Both the position numbers and the translations under genes were made by a program. 64,000 bases of DNA, taken from assembly GCA_964016885.1 (NCBI GenBank), contig CAXHJY010000151.1:124001-188000 (forward strand). Reading direction: 5' to 3'. The notes below the pieces were generated by a model, which ran no database searches, had not been told where the DNA came from, and saw only the letters and a program-made list of their open reading frames with translations. This stretch comes from Eledone cirrhosa (Eukaryota). Below, piece by piece: positions 36,130 through 50,933 of the stretch; the first letter of the stretch is position 1, and the number at the start of each line of letters is the position of its first letter.

Positions 36130-39100
36130 AGGAAGCTCCAACCGTTAAGGTTGTCTTTCCATTTATTAATATATTGTGTATTTACTCCACTAAACTGTTG
36201 AGTGCTTTATATCAGTTATAAAAAAATTTCAGCTTGTTGAATCCCAAAATAGTTGTTGAAACAGCCACAGCTCAGCCGTCGGGGTCCTGAATATTTATCA
36301 TATATATATACGTATGAGTGTGTGTGTTTTGAGAATTAATAATTATATAAACAAGTTTGTAATGAACAATTTATTTCTTATCAAAACTGTATAAACATGA
36401 TATTATTTACAGTAAGAATAACAATAATAATGATGGTTTCTAGTAAAGGTGGAAGGCCAGTAATTTGGGGGAGGGGAAAGTTGATTAAATCGAAGAGAGA
36501 AAGAAAGAAAAAACAGAACGGGAAGGAGAGGGGATGGCAAGAGGTCCGGTGTCGCAGGAGAGAGGGGAGGGTGGTTGAGCTTTGAGTCTAGGGCAAGAGG
36601 GCAGAAATGCTGCGCCCCACGGATAAGACGGCAAAAATATTCTCGCGGACGATGGCCAGAGATACCCAATGCAACAACCACCCAACCTCGCGGTGTTCCC
36701 TCCTCAGATGGGCTGCTGACTCTCCGATCTTTTGGAGGAGCTCGGCAGTACAAGGTCCAAGTACTCCTGGGGTCTCGACGTTGACTGGTGCAGAGAGGAA
36801 GTGGCCGGACAATCCTCGGTATTTGTTTATTTTACGTTCTTCTGCGAGGTGGGCTGCGATGCCGGGGTTTGTGACCGAAACGACTTGGAAACGAAGTTGT
36901 AGGCGGAGATTGTGTCGTAGCTGGTGGTGTCCCAGATGAGGGACCTACGTCCTTCGAATGGGAAGAGAGTGATTCCGTCGGGGCGCTTGCCATCTCCGGG
37001 ACCTGTTGGCCCCAGTTGTGATGGGAAGCCAGCTGCGTCCAGGCTTCTTCTCAATATGTCGTTGACAACGACGTGTATCTATTCAATAATTATTTGAATA
37101 TTGAAATTTTAGGTTTAACTACCTTTTAAACCAAATACATTAAGAAAGGCATGACCAACACCACATCATTTTTATTTCTATTTTGAAAGTAGGTTTATAA
37201 GTATTAAATTTCAGTAGATTCTTATATCCTTCATGGTGGTCTGGTGGGAGATACGAGAGATGGTGGAGGTTCTGGTCTGGGGTTCAATCCTGCTCAGGAG
37301 ATACTCTAAGGGGGTTCATACTAAACTTCTTCAGTGTTTCTTATCTCTAGAGACAAATATATATACATAAGGTAATCTGGTAAAGTTGTTAGAACATCAC
37401 ATAGAATTCTTTGTAGTATTTTTTCCAGTTCTTCAATCTGAGTTCAACTTTACTTTTCTTCCATTCGGGGTTGATAATAACGTACCAGTCAAATACTAGG
37501 GGTTAATTCTTCCTCTATATCTCTTTCTCACTCTCTGTCTGTTTTATTAAGACCTGGAGAGGTGATGTACTCTACCAGGTTTTATAATGAGTGATGGGGT
37601 CATACCTGCCTGCTACACCTCTGTGTACTAAGTGTAGCATATTATATCCTTGTTCAGGGCCTTCCTGACATTACTGTGTACTAAGGGTAGCATTTTATAT
37701 CCTTGTTCAGGGCCATCTTAACATTGCTGTGTACTAAGTGTAGCATATTATATCCTTGTTCGGGGCCTTCCTGACATTAGTGTGTACTGAGTGTAGATTT
37801 TAACATCCTTGTTCTGGGCCTTCCTAACATTACTGTGTACTGAGTGTAGATTTTAACATCTTTGTTCAGAGCCTTCCTTACATTACTGTGTACTAAGTGT
37901 AGCATTTCATATACTTGTTCTGGGCCTTCCTAACGTTACTGTGGAAATAGTAGTTTATATCCAATATGTAATATAGATATGGATTCTACAGGACTAAAAC
38001 TCATTAATATGAGGGGTATTAGTAGATTATATGCCATATTTAATAGAGAAATGGCTTCTACAAGACTAAAACTCATTAATATGAGGGGTATTACAGTTTA
38101 TATGCCATATTTAATACAGAAATGGCTTCTAAAGGACTAGAACTCTTTAAATTGAATAAAATAGTAGTATATATCCTATGTTTAATACAGAAATGCCTTC
38201 TAAAGGACTCATTAATATGAGGGTATTAGTAGATTATATAACATATTTAATACAGAAATGGCTTTTAAATTCAGGGACTCGTTAATTTGATGGAAATAGT
38301 AGTGTCTATGCAATATTTAATACAGAAATAGCTTCTACAGGACTAAAACTAATTAATATGAGGGGTATTAGTAGTATATGTGCCATATTTAATACAGAGA
38401 TGGCTTCTAAATGGAGGTATCTCATTAATTCGATTGAAATGGTAGTGTATATGCAATATTTAATACAGAAATAGCTTCTACAAGAATAAAACTCATTAAT
38501 ATGAAGGTTATTATTACATTATATGCCATATTTAATACAGAAATCGGTTCTAAAGGACTAGAACTCTTTAATTCAAATCAAATAGTAGTATAAAGCAATA
38601 TTTACTACAGAAATGGCTTCTACAAGACTAAAAATCCTTAATATGAGGGGTATTGTTAGATTATATACCATATTTAATACAGAAATGGCTTCTAAATGAA
38701 GAAATCTCTTTAATTCGATAGTAATAGTAATAATAATAATAGTAATAGTAATAATACAGCCAATTTTCCACGCAATACTTTTAGTTAGCACCCCGAACGC
38801 ATAATTGGGAATATAATCACTTATTTCCTAATGTTTGTTGAGTGAGTTGGGAAAAAAAACTTGGGAAATATATTTTCAGGGTCTCAAAATCTTAAAGAGA
38901 AAAAAAAGTCCTGTGGAAGGTAGCAAAACAATTAGGAAGAAAATGGTTTGAAGTTGGTTGGTGAGTATAAGATTACAGTATCTTGTTGATTTCTATAAAG
39001 TTTACTTTTAACTGAATTGGTAAAAATGGATAAATTAGAAGACACAATATAATAACTAATATTGTCTTCTAAAACAGGGAATAAAAATATGTTGGTGTAT

Positions 39101-39378
39101 TGGGGGGGGGGGGGGGGGGTAAACATGTGAGTTAATGGGAATGTTTTTGTTTGTTTTTATTGAAACATATTCAATCTACAGATAGGTTGTTATAGTTATT
39201 TAGTCTCGGGTCTGCCATTATCTGCAGATTTATAATTGAGGGGTGTTCCAGGTGTGACCACCCTACATTATTCCTAGAGATTGTTACTCCTTCATTCTTC
39301 AGTCATCTTGGTCTTCTTATGAGATGGTGGTGTAGTCTTATTTATTGTTAAGGTTATGGTCTTCCTTTGTCCACACTC

Positions 39379-39416
<38 letters not shown>

Positions 39417-40971
39417 AAAGGCTTCCTTCTCTGGAAAAAGATGATTTAATATTCACAACCATCTGTCTAATTGTTTTCTGATGAGAATAAAGTTAATCTT
39501 GCTTGTATGTCTACCTGATCAAATGACTGGCTGATATCTTGAAGTCATTTACACCACAGAACTGTAGGAGTCTTGATCCCTCAAGCCATACCTCTAGCCA
39601 TCATGTACTCCAAAAGAGTCTCACCTTGGTGCTACTCAACATGTCCATTAAATTTAGCAGCAAGGATGCCCTCTTCTTAGTGAGAGACAACTACAAGAGA
39701 GGTTCTTAGAGAAGAATAAGCCACTATAGTTAACTTTTGTTGACATAGAGAACCCCGATCTGTCATCTGGTGGTCCTTAAGGAAACTAGGTGTAGGGGAA
39801 TGGCTTGTGAGGACAGTGCAAGCTATGTACAAGGGTGCTGTCAGTAAAGTGAGAGGAGGAATTCCAGAAACAAAGTAGGTGTACATCAGGGTTCGGTCCT
39901 CAGTCCGCTCTTGTTCATTATAGTCCTCCCTCCCTCCCTCCCTCCCTCCCTCCAAGCCATAACAGAGGAGGAGTAGTTTAAGACTGGATGCCCATGGGAA
40001 CTTCTCTATGCTGACGATCTGGTTCTTATAGCAGAATCAGTAGAGGAGCTAGCTAGAGAATAAATTCTGGCTATGGAAACAGCAGTAGTTGGAATCAAGA
40101 AGACTGAGAGTGAACCTAGCTAAGACAAAAGTGTTTATAAGTAGAAGAGAGGACAAAACTCTGATTCTGTCAGGGAAATGGCCATGTTCGATATGTAGGA
40201 AAGGAGTTGGCATAAATTCTATGAAATGTAGTACGCAATGCAGATCTTGGCTACACAAGAGATGTAGTGGGATAGCAGGAAAACTGACTGACAGGTAGGG
40301 AGAAATACGTATGCAGTAGATGTACAGGGAAATTTGACAGAGATTGCAGTGATAGACACATTTTTCAAATGCAGGTGGGATCTATAGAGGGAGTTGATAG
40401 CTTCTGATACCTAGGTGATCAGATTAGTAAGGGAGGAGGGTGATATAAAATATATTGTTATCATGACTGTCTTTATTATTTAAATTACCTCTGTCTATTT
40501 ACAGATTTTACAGAGTGTACTGGGTGCTTTTATGATGGGAGCAGCAACTCTATACGATTTTACAGAGTGTACTTGGTGCTTTTATCATGGCACATGGCAG
40601 CAGCAGCAGCAGCAACTACGATTTTACAGAGTGTACTTGGTGCTTTTTACTCTGACATCAGCACTGAGGAAGTTGTCATATTTTCAGCTAAATTAATGAG
40701 TAGAAAAACCAAGTTTCTGCTACAAAAAATTCTCAGATTCAAGGGAGACATTCAGTTTAAGTATGGTATACTGTCACTAAGGCAGCAAATTGGCAGAGTC
40801 GCTAGAATATCAGATAGCATTCTTTACATTATTTGTTTCAGCTCTCTGTTCTCTCAATTCAAATCCTGCTCAGGTCAACTTTGCCTTTCATCCATACAAA
40901 ATAGATTAATAAAAGTACCAGTGTATTACTGGGGTCAATTCTTCTTCTAACTCTTCTGCACTTCCATTCTC

Positions 40972-41046
<75 letters not shown>

Positions 41047-41693
41047 GCTTCTTTAGAACACATCTGCTGTATTCAGACCTGGAGCGGAGATGGGCTCCAC
41101 CAAGTTTTAAAAATTGCCCTTTAAGCGCTGTATGTCAATATGGTGCCCCTATGATTCCCTCCCTCAGGAGTTATGGGACCATAGATACTGTCAATTGTAA
41201 AGAATAACAGAGATATTCAGTGCTAGTGTGGTGTTCTGTCAGTTGTGGAGATTGATGAATCTAAACAGAAATATCAACAGCACTTTTCATTTCTGAGTAA
41301 CACATTTGTTACCAAGTGCTGCATGGCTGGAATGAAAATCAGTGCTGTGAAAACCAAGACATTCATCCTCTCAAGGAAGCTTGTGCAGTGCACTCTACAT
41401 GTAAATGGAGTCCCACTGAAGCAGGTAGAAAAGTTCATGTATCTCGAAGCTGTGTTCACGAGTGATGACAGAGACGGCAAAGGCACAACACACAACAGAA
41501 GAAAAGAACAATGACAATTATTATTATTATTATTATTATTATTATTTGTTTTATTAGTTTTATTATAATAAAAATTGTGCTGTTAGTTTGCTTGCTATAC
41601 CATCATGTACCCTAACCCTAAACCTAACCCCAACTCCAACTCTGACCCTAAACCTAACCCCAACCCCAACCCTAACCCTAACCCTAACCCTAA

Positions 41694-42448
41694 CCCACGA
41701 TAGAAGACGTTCGTTACCGCTGGAGCAACGCAAATTACTCCTCGGTTGACGCCAAAAACGAACGCCTTCTCGACGGCTAGCCGCATTTCGTGATCCGCCT
41801 TTCGATTGCGCTTCCGTCGCGGAAAAAGAATTGCCTTTATAGGCCGCCGCCGCCCGACCGGACCCACGATAGAAGACGTTCGTTACCGCTGGAGCAACGC
41901 AAATTACTCCTCGGTTGACGCCAAAAACGAACGCCTTCTCGACGGCTAGCCGCATTTCGTGATCCGCCTTTCGATTGCGCTTCCGTCGCGGAAAAAGAAT
42001 TGCCTTTATAGGCCGCCGCCGCCCGACCGGACCCACGATAGAAGACGTTCGTTACCGCTGGAGCAACGCAAATTACTCCTCGGTTGACGCCAAAAACGAA
42101 CGCCTTCTCGACGGCTAGCCGCATTTCGTGATCCGCCTTTCGATTGCGCTTCCGTCGCGGAAAAAGAATTGCCTTTATAGGCCGCCGCCGCCCGACCGGA
42201 CCCACGATAGAAGACGTTCGTTACCGCTGGAGCAACGCAAATTACTCCTCGGTTGACGCCAAAAACGAACGCCTTCTCGACGGCTAGCCGCATTTCGTGA
42301 TCCGCCTTTCGATTGCGCTTCCGTCGCGGAAAAAGAATTGCCTTTATAGGCCGCCGCCGCCGCCCGACCGGACCCACGATAGAAGACGTTCGTTACCGCT
42401 GGAGCAACGCAAATTACTCCTCGGTTGACGCCAAAAACGAACGCCTTC
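41694..42448 (+). promoter_or_regulatory. 169-bp spacer array, copy B (4 full + 1 partial)
   Basis: Offset change of 338 bp = 2 x 169. Confidence 0.6.
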
Positions 42449-42805
42449 CGGTTCGGGCGACGTAAAAGTCTGTAGCCTTTTCGCCGATCCTCGACGATTA
42501 TCCGCCTTCCGAACAACCGCCTTTCCGCCGTCACAGCAGTAGGTACTCGTCCGTCGTAATAGCCGTCATTTTAATGCAGGAGAAACGCCTAAATGCACTG
42601 CGATTGACGACGATCTACGACGCGCTTACTCTTCCTTGCTGCGACGAAGGTTTCGTTCGGCTTTTCGTCGTGGACCCGGTCAGGTCGTGCCGCTGATCTC
42701 GCGTTGCGTCGTTACCGCTGGAGCAACGCAAATTACTCCTCGTTTAACGCCAACATCGAACGCGCTTCGGTTCTCGGTCGTCGTTGTTTTGTTTCGTGCG
42801 GAAGA

Positions 42806-42990
42806 TACCTGGGTGATCCTGCCAGTAGTCATATGCTTGTCTCAAAGCTTAAGCCATGCAAGTGGAAGTTCATGCCGTAAACGAAAATGGTGAAACCGCG
42901 AATGGCTCAGAAACCGGATCTAATCCTCGGGACCGTATTCCTCACCGCGAGGAGAGGATAACTGTGGCAATTCTAGAGCTAATACATGCA
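42806..42990 (+). pseudogene. 18S rRNA 5' fragment, copy B
   Basis: Same sequence, with one substitution seen (GGCTCAGAAACC vs GGCTCAGGAACC). Confidence 0.95.
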
Positions 42991-42996
42991 ATTGAG

Positions 42997-45900
42997 ATCG
43001 GAGAGGGAGCGATCCGTCTGCTTGATTCCGATAACGAACGAGACATTCGTATCCGAAAGAACGTTTGTCTGGAAACTGGTGCAGTCAGTGAGTCGAAAAA
43101 AAAATATCTCGGTGGTAGTAGCAAATATTCGAACGAGACATTCGTATGCGAAAGAACGTTTGTCGGTGGTAGTAGCAAATATTCGAACGAGACATTCGTA
43201 TGCGAAAGAACGTTTGTCTGGAAGTGGCGATCCATGCCCGGTGGATAGTTGGTTCCGGGTTTTACTATGATTGTTGCAAAACAGAAACTTAAAGGGATTG
43301 ACAGAATTTGCGATTCCGGAGAGAGGGCGATCCGTCTGCTTGATTCCGATAACGAACGAGACATTCGTATCCGAAAGAACGTTTGTCTGGAAACTGGTGA
43401 GTCAGTGAGTCGAAAAAAAAATATCTCGGTGGTAGTAGCAAATATTCGTATGCGAAAGAAAAGATCTCGGTGGTAGTAGCAAATATTCGAACGAGACATT
43501 CGTAGGCGAAAGAAAAATATCTCGGTGGTAGTAGCAAATATTCGAACGAGACATTCGTATGCGAAAGAACGTTTGTCGGTGGTAGTAGCAAATATTCGAA
43601 CGAGACATTCGTATGCGAAAGAACGTTTGTCTGGAAGTGGCGATCCATGCCCGGTGGATAGTTGGTTCCGGGTTTTACTATGATTGTTGCAAAACAGAAA
43701 CTTAAAGGGATTGACAGAATTTGCGATTACGGAGAGGGGGCGATCCGTCTGCTTGATTCCGATAACGAACGAGACATTCGTATCCGAAAGAACGTTTGTC
43801 TGGAAACTGGTGAGTCAGTGAGTCGAAAAAAAAATATCTCGGTGGTAGTAGCAAATATTCGAACGAGACATTCGTATGCGAAAGAACGTTTGTCGGTGGT
43901 AGTAGCAAATATTCGAACGAGACATTCGTATGCGAAAGAACGTTTGTCTGGAAGTGGCGATCCATGCCCGGTGGATAGTTGGTTCCGGGTTTTACTATGA
44001 TTGTTGCAAAACAGAAACTTAAAGGGATTGACAGAATTTGCGATTACGGAGAGGGGGCGATCCGTCTGCTTGATTCCGATAACGAACGAGACATTCGTAT
44101 CCGAAAGAACGTTTGTCTGGAAACTGGTGAGTCAGTGAGTCGAAAAAAAAAATATCTCGGTGGTAGTAGCAAATATTCGAACGAGACATTCGTATGCGAA
44201 AGAACGTTTGTCGGTGGTAGTAGCAAATATTCGAACGAGACATTCGTATGCGAAAGAACGTTTGTCGGTGGTAGTAGCAAATATTCGAACGAGACATTCG
44301 TATGCGAAAGAACGTTTGTCTGGAAGTGGCGATCCATGCTCGGTGGATAGTTGGTTCCGGGTTTTACTATGATTGTTGCAAAACAGAAACTTAAAGGGAT
44401 TGACAGAATTTGCGATTCCGGAGAGGGGGCGATCCGTCTGCTTGATTCCGATAACGAACGAGACATTCGTATCCGAAAGAACGTTTGTCTGGAAACTGGT
44501 GAGTCAGTGAGTCGAAAAAAAAATATCTCGGTGGTAGTAGCAAATATTCGAACGAGACATTCGTATGCGAAAGAACGTTTGTCGGTGGTAGTAGCAAATA
44601 TTCGAACGAGACATTCGTATGCGAAAGAACGTTTGTCGGTGGTAGTAGCAAATATTCGAACGAGACATTCGTATGCGAAAGAACGTTTGTCTGGAAGTGG
44701 CGATCCATGCTCGGTGGATAGTTGGTTCCGGGTTTTACTATGATTGTTGCAAAACAGAAACTTAAAGGGATTGACAGAATTTGCGATTCCGGAGAGGGGG
44801 CGATCCGTCTGCTTGATTCCGATAACGAACGAGACATTCGTATCCGAAAGAACGTTTGTCTGGAAACTGGTGAGTCAGTGAGTCGAAAAAAAAATATCTC
44901 GGTGGTAGTAGCAAATATTCGAACGAGACATTCGTATGCGAAAGAAAAATATCTCGGTGGTAGTAGCAAATATTCGAACGAGACATTCGTATGCGAAAGA
45001 ACGTTTGTCTGGAAGTGGCGATCCATGCCCGGTGGATAGTTGGTTCCGGGTTTTACTATGATTGTTGCAAAACAGAAACTTAAAGGGATTGACAGAATTT
45101 GCGATTCCGGAGAGGGGGCGATCCGTCTGCTTGATTCCGATAACGAACGAGACATTCGTATCCGAAAGAACGTTTGTCTGGAAACTGGTGAGTCAGTGAG
45201 TCGAAAAAAAAATATCTCGGTGGTAGTAGCAAATATTCGAACGAGACATTCGTATGCGAAAGAAAAATATCTCGGTGGTAGTAGCAAATATTCGAACGAG
45301 ACATTCGTATGCGAAAGAACGTTTGTCTGGAAGTGGCGATCCATGCCCGGTGGATAGTTGGTTCCGGGTTTTACTATGATTGTTGCAAAACAGAAACTTA
45401 AAGGGATTGACAGGATTTGCGATTCCGGAGAGGGGGCGATCCGTCTGCTTGATTCCGATAACGAACGAGACATTCGTATCCGAAAGAACGTTTGTCTGGA
45501 AACTGGTGAGTCAGTGAGTCGAAAAAAAAAATATCTCGGTGGTAGTAGCAAATATTCGAACGAGACATTCGTATGCGAAAGAACGTTTGTCGGTGGTAGT
45601 AGCAAATATTCGAACGAGACATTCGTATGCGAAAGAACGTTTGTCGGTGGTAGTAGCAAATATTCGAACGAGACATTCGTATGCGAAAGAACGTTTGTCT
45701 GGAAGTGGCGATCCATGCCCGGTGGATAGTTGGTTCCGGGTTTTACTATGATTGTTGCAAAACAGAAACTTAAAGGGATTGACAGAATTTGCGATTCCGG
45801 AGAGAGGGCGATCCGTCTGCTTGATTCCGATAACGAACGAGACATTCGTATCCGAAAGAACGTTTGTCTGGAAACTGGTGAGTCAGTGAGTCGAAAAAAA

Positions 45901-48896
45901 AATATCTCGGTGGTAGTAGCAAATATTCGTATGCGAAAGAAAAGATCTCGGTGGTAGTAGCAAATATTCGAACGAGACATTCGTAGGCGAAAGAAAAATA
46001 TCTCGGTGGTAGTAGCAAATATTCGAACGAGACATTCGTATGCGAAAGAACGTTTGTCGGTGGTAGTAGCAAATATTCGAACGAGACATTCGTATGCGAA
46101 AGAACGTTTGTCTGGAAGTGGCGATCCATGCCCGGTGGATAGTTGGTTCCGGGTTTTACTATGATTGTTGCAAAACAGAAACTTAAAGGGATTGACAGAA
46201 TTTGCGATTACGGAGAGGGGGCGATCCGTCTGCTTGATTCCGATAACGAACGAGACATTCGTATCCGAAAGAACGTTTGTCTGGAAACTGGTGAGTCAGT
46301 GAGTCGAAAAAAAAATATCTCGGTGGTAGTAGCAAATATTCGAACGAGACATTCGTATGCGAAAGAACGTTTGTCGGTGGTAGTAGCAAATATTCGAACG
46401 AGACATTCGTATGCGAAAGAACGTTTGTCTGGAAGTGGCGATCCATGCCCGGTGGATAGTTGGTTCCGGGTTTTACTATGATTGTTGCAAAACAGAAACT
46501 TAAAGGGATTGACAGAATTTGCGATTACGGAGAGGGGGCGATCCGTCTGCTTGATTCCGATAACGAACGAGACATTCGTATCCGAAAGAACGTTTGTCTG
46601 GAAACTGGTGAGTCAGTGAGTCGAAAAAAAAAATATCTCGGTGGTAGTAGCAAATATTCGAACGAGACATTCGTATGCGAAAGAACGTTTGTCGGTGGTA
46701 GTAGCAAATATTCGAACGAGACATTCGTATGCGAAAGAACGTTTGTCGGTGGTAGTAGCAAATATTCGAACGAGACATTCGTATGCGAAAGAACGTTTGT
46801 CTGGAAGTGGCGATCCATGCTCGGTGGATAGTTGGTTCCGGGTTTTACTATGATTGTTGCAAAACAGAAACTTAAAGGGATTGACAGAATTTGCGATTCC
46901 GGAGAGGGGGCGATCCGTCTGCTTGATTCCGATAACGAACGAGACATTCGTATCCGAAAGAACGTTTGTCTGGAAACTGGTGAGTCAGTGAGTCGAAAAA
47001 AAAATATCTCGGTGGTAGTAGCAAATATTCGAACGAGACATTCGTATGCGAAAGAACGTTTGTCGGTGGTAGTAGCAAATATTCGAACGAGACATTCGTA
47101 TGCGAAAGAACGTTTGTCGGTGGTAGTAGCAAATATTCGAACGAGACATTCGTATGCGAAAGAACGTTTGTCTGGAAGTGGCGATCCATGCTCGGTGGAT
47201 AGTTGGTTCCGGGTTTTACTATGATTGTTGCAAAACAGAAACTTAAAGGGATTGACAGAATTTGCGATTCCGGAGAGGGGGCGATCCGTCTGCTTGATTC
47301 CGATAACGAACGAGACATTCGTATCCGAAAGAACGTTTGTCTGGAAACTGGTGAGTCAGTGAGTCGAAAAAAAAATATCTCGGTGGTAGTAGCAAATATT
47401 CGAACGAGACATTCGTATGCGAAAGAAAAATATCTCGGTGGTAGTAGCAAATATTCGAACGAGACATTCGTATGCGAAAGAACGTTTGTCTGGAAGTGGC
47501 GATCCATGCCCGGTGGATAGTTGGTTCCGGGTTTTACTATGATTGTTGCAAAACAGAAACTTAAAGGGATTGACAGAATTTGCGATTCCGGAGAGGGGGC
47601 GATCCGTCTGCTTGATTCCGATAACGAACGAGACATTCGTATCCGAAAGAACGTTTGTCTGGAAACTGGTGAGTCAGTGAGTCGAAAAAAAAATATCTCG
47701 GTGGTAGTAGCAAATATTCGAACGAGACATTCGTATGCGAAAGAAAAATATCTCGGTGGTAGTAGCAAATATTCGAACGAGACATTCGTATGCGAAAGAA
47801 CGTTTGTCTGGAAGTGGCGATCCATGCCCGGTGGATAGTTGGTTCCGGGTTTTACTATGATTGTTGCAAAACAGAAACTTAAAGGGATTGACAGGATTTG
47901 CGATTCCGGAGAGGGGGCGATCCGTCTGCTTGATTCCGATAACGAACGAGACATTCGTATCCGAAAGAACGTTTGTCTGGAAACTGGTGAGTCAGTGAGT
48001 CGAAAAAAAAAATATCTCGGTGGTAGTAGCAAATATTCGAACGAGACATTCGTATGCGAAAGAACGTTTGTCGGTGGTAGTAGCAAATATTCGAACGAGA
48101 CATTCGTATGCGAAAGAACGTTTGTCGGTGGTAGTAGCAAATATTCGAACGAGACATTCGTATGCGAAAGAACGTTTGTCTGGAAGTGGCGATCCATGCC
48201 CGGTGGATAGTTGGTTCCGGGTTTTACTATGATTGTTGCAAAACAGAAACTTAAAGGGATTGACAGAATTTGCGATTCCAGAGAGAGGGCGATCCGTCTG
48301 CTTGATTCCGATAACGAACGAGACATTCGTATCCGAAAGAACGTTTGTCTGGAAACTGGTGAGTCAGTGAGTCGAAAAAAAAATATCTCGGTGGTAGTAG
48401 CAAATATTCGAACGAGACATTCGTATGCGAAAGAACGTTTGTCTGGAAGTGGCGATCCATGCTCGGTGGATAGTTGGTTCCGGGTTTTACTATGATTGTT
48501 GCAAAACAGAAACTTAAAGGGATTGACAGAATTTGCGATTCCGGAGAGGGGGCGATCCGTCTGCTTGATTCCGATAACGAACGAGACATTCGTATCCGAA
48601 AGAACGTTTGTCTGGAAACTGGTGAGTCAGTGAGTCGAAAAAAAAATATCTCGGTGGTAGTAGCAAATATTCGTATGCGAAAGAAAAGATCTCGGTGGTA
48701 GTAGCAAATATTCGAACGAGACATTCGTATGCGAAAGAAAAATATCTCGGTGGTAGTAGCAAATATTCGAACGAGACATTCGTATTCGAAAGAACGTTTG
48801 TCTGGAAGTTGCGATCCATGCCCGGTGGATAGTTGGTTCCGGGCTTTACTATGATTGTTGCAAAACAGAAACTTAAAGGAATTGACAGAATTTTCG
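42997..48896 (+). repeat. rRNA-mosaic satellite, copy B (17 units, includes a 2481-bp higher-order duplication)
   Basis: Unit markers 43249/45730, 43662/46143, 43979/46460, 44351/46832, 45358/47839. Confidence 0.9.
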
Positions 48897-48928
48897 AATC
48901 GACATCAACTCGGCTACGGCTATCCCGT

Positions 48929-49281
48929 CGAGTACGAGAGTATCGCGGGATCAGAGCAACGGTTTGCTAGGCTGCCTCTGAGCGATAACGGCTGAACGCC
49001 TCCTCTAAGCCGGAACCCTAGCCGGACCCGAGTTGTTTTTCGACAAGCGTCTCGACCTTCTTAAGGCCCATGCCTTAGTTTGGCGATTGCCGTCCGTTCG
49101 CCGACGGCGGCAGCGTCAGCGGAAATGCCATTCTGTGACGACTACGACGATTCGTCGTCGTCGTCGTCCATTCGATTTCCTGAAAGAGATAGAGACTAAA
49201 GTGATCAAATTGTTCGGAGTTACGTGCTTAGTAGAGCAGCTACCACACTGCAATCTATTGAGAGTTTTCTGACGAACGATA
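48929..49281 (+). pseudogene. Degenerate 28S rRNA 3' region, copy B
   Basis: Same motifs; AGTACGAGAG at 48931. Confidence 0.85.
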
Positions 49282-50933
49282 CAATCCGCCCACGTGGCGC
49301 CAGAAAGGGAGAAGAAAAGAAAAGTTAGACGCCGCCGATCGATCGGTTCGTTGTTTTACGTGTACACAGCTTGTGTGTGTGTCTGTATGTGATACAAGCC
49401 GCCTATCCGTCTTCCAAGTAAGTTTTGTGTGTAGACTGCGGAAAGAAATCCAATCCGCCGTCTAGGCGGTTCTGCCGCCGACCCATACTTTTGCGAGTCG
49501 CTCCCGGGAAAGACAGGCGGCAAGACGGCGTGTATACACGACGCCTTCCGTCTTCCGCCTCGAACCCGGGCAAACGTTCCTTTATTCGTCCACGCCTTCC
49601 CGCTTCGATCGCGAGAAAGTAATCAATCTGTTTTGTGTGTGTGTCTGTGTGTGATACAAATTTGTTTTCTTAATTTGATAACCATGAATTGTTTCAACAC
49701 CGGCCCTTTTAAGGGCCACTTATATTTTCAATAATCAGTTTAAATGGGTTGCACCGTAGCCACTTGGTAATACACTGCAAATCTCCCGTCAATCTATGAA
49801 GGTTTTGTAGTAGATTAGATCAAAACACAATCAGCAAGACAGTAATGGAATGAATAATATAAACATTTGTTTATAATTAAAGCCTTAAGATGTCCCTCCC
49901 TCCCTCCCTTCCTTCCTTCCTTCCTTCCTTCCTTCCTTCCTTCCTTACGATATACACTTTAATAACATTGAAACTTATTTAATAAGTTTAAATTTTAAAC
50001 ACTTTTTATTCAGACGTACCGCGATAAGTAACTAGATATGTTCTAACGAATAATCCGCGATGTGGCGAGGATTACCGCGATAGGAAATTAGATACGTTCC
50101 AAAGAAATATCCGCGAAAAGTGAACCGCGATATAGCGGGTTCACCAGCCAGTGTATTACTGGTACTTTATTTTATCGACCCCCATAAGGATGAAAGGCAA
50201 AGTTAACTGTGCAATAACAAAGGGAGATAACCTCGTCTTTTTTTTTTTACGGAGTTATTTCCCTTTAAATTTTATCTATTACTTATGATGATACAATTTA
50301 ATCAGTTCTTAGCTGTCGAGACACTGCATCCTTTAAAACCTCCATGGAACAAGCTACCTGCAACAGTTGTTAGCTGTCGAGACACTGCATCTTTTAAAAC
50401 CTCCATGGAACAAACTACCTGCATCAGTTGTTAGGGTCTGAGTTCAAATCACGCCGAGGAGGTTAACTTTGCCTTTCATCCTTACGGGGTCGGTCGGAAA
50501 ACGAACCATTCCCGGTTCGCTTTCGAAGCGGGTTTCCGAAAACAGCGCTTCTCTCGACCGGGCCCGTCGTCCGCTCGGCGGTGGTTTTCATCGTCCCAGG
50601 CACGGCTAACAGGCGGAGACGGGACAAACGCGCGTGTTCCTTTTTTTATCAGCCGCAGCGCCGTTCGTATATATGCTTAGGTTGTTTTTTTTTTAAATAT
50701 CCTAAGTTAAGTTGGGGCTAAGTTAAGTTGGGGCTAAGTTAAGTTGAGGTTAAGTTGAGTTGGGGTTAAGTTAAGTGGGGGTTAAGTTAAGCTGGGGTTA
50801 AGTTAAGTTGAGGTTAAGTTAAGTTGGGGTTAAGTCAAGTTGGGGTTAAGTTAAGTTGGGGTTAAGTTAGGTTGGGGTTAAGTTAGGTTGGGGTTAAGTT
50901 AAGTTGGGGTTAAGTTAGGTTGCGGTTAAGTTA

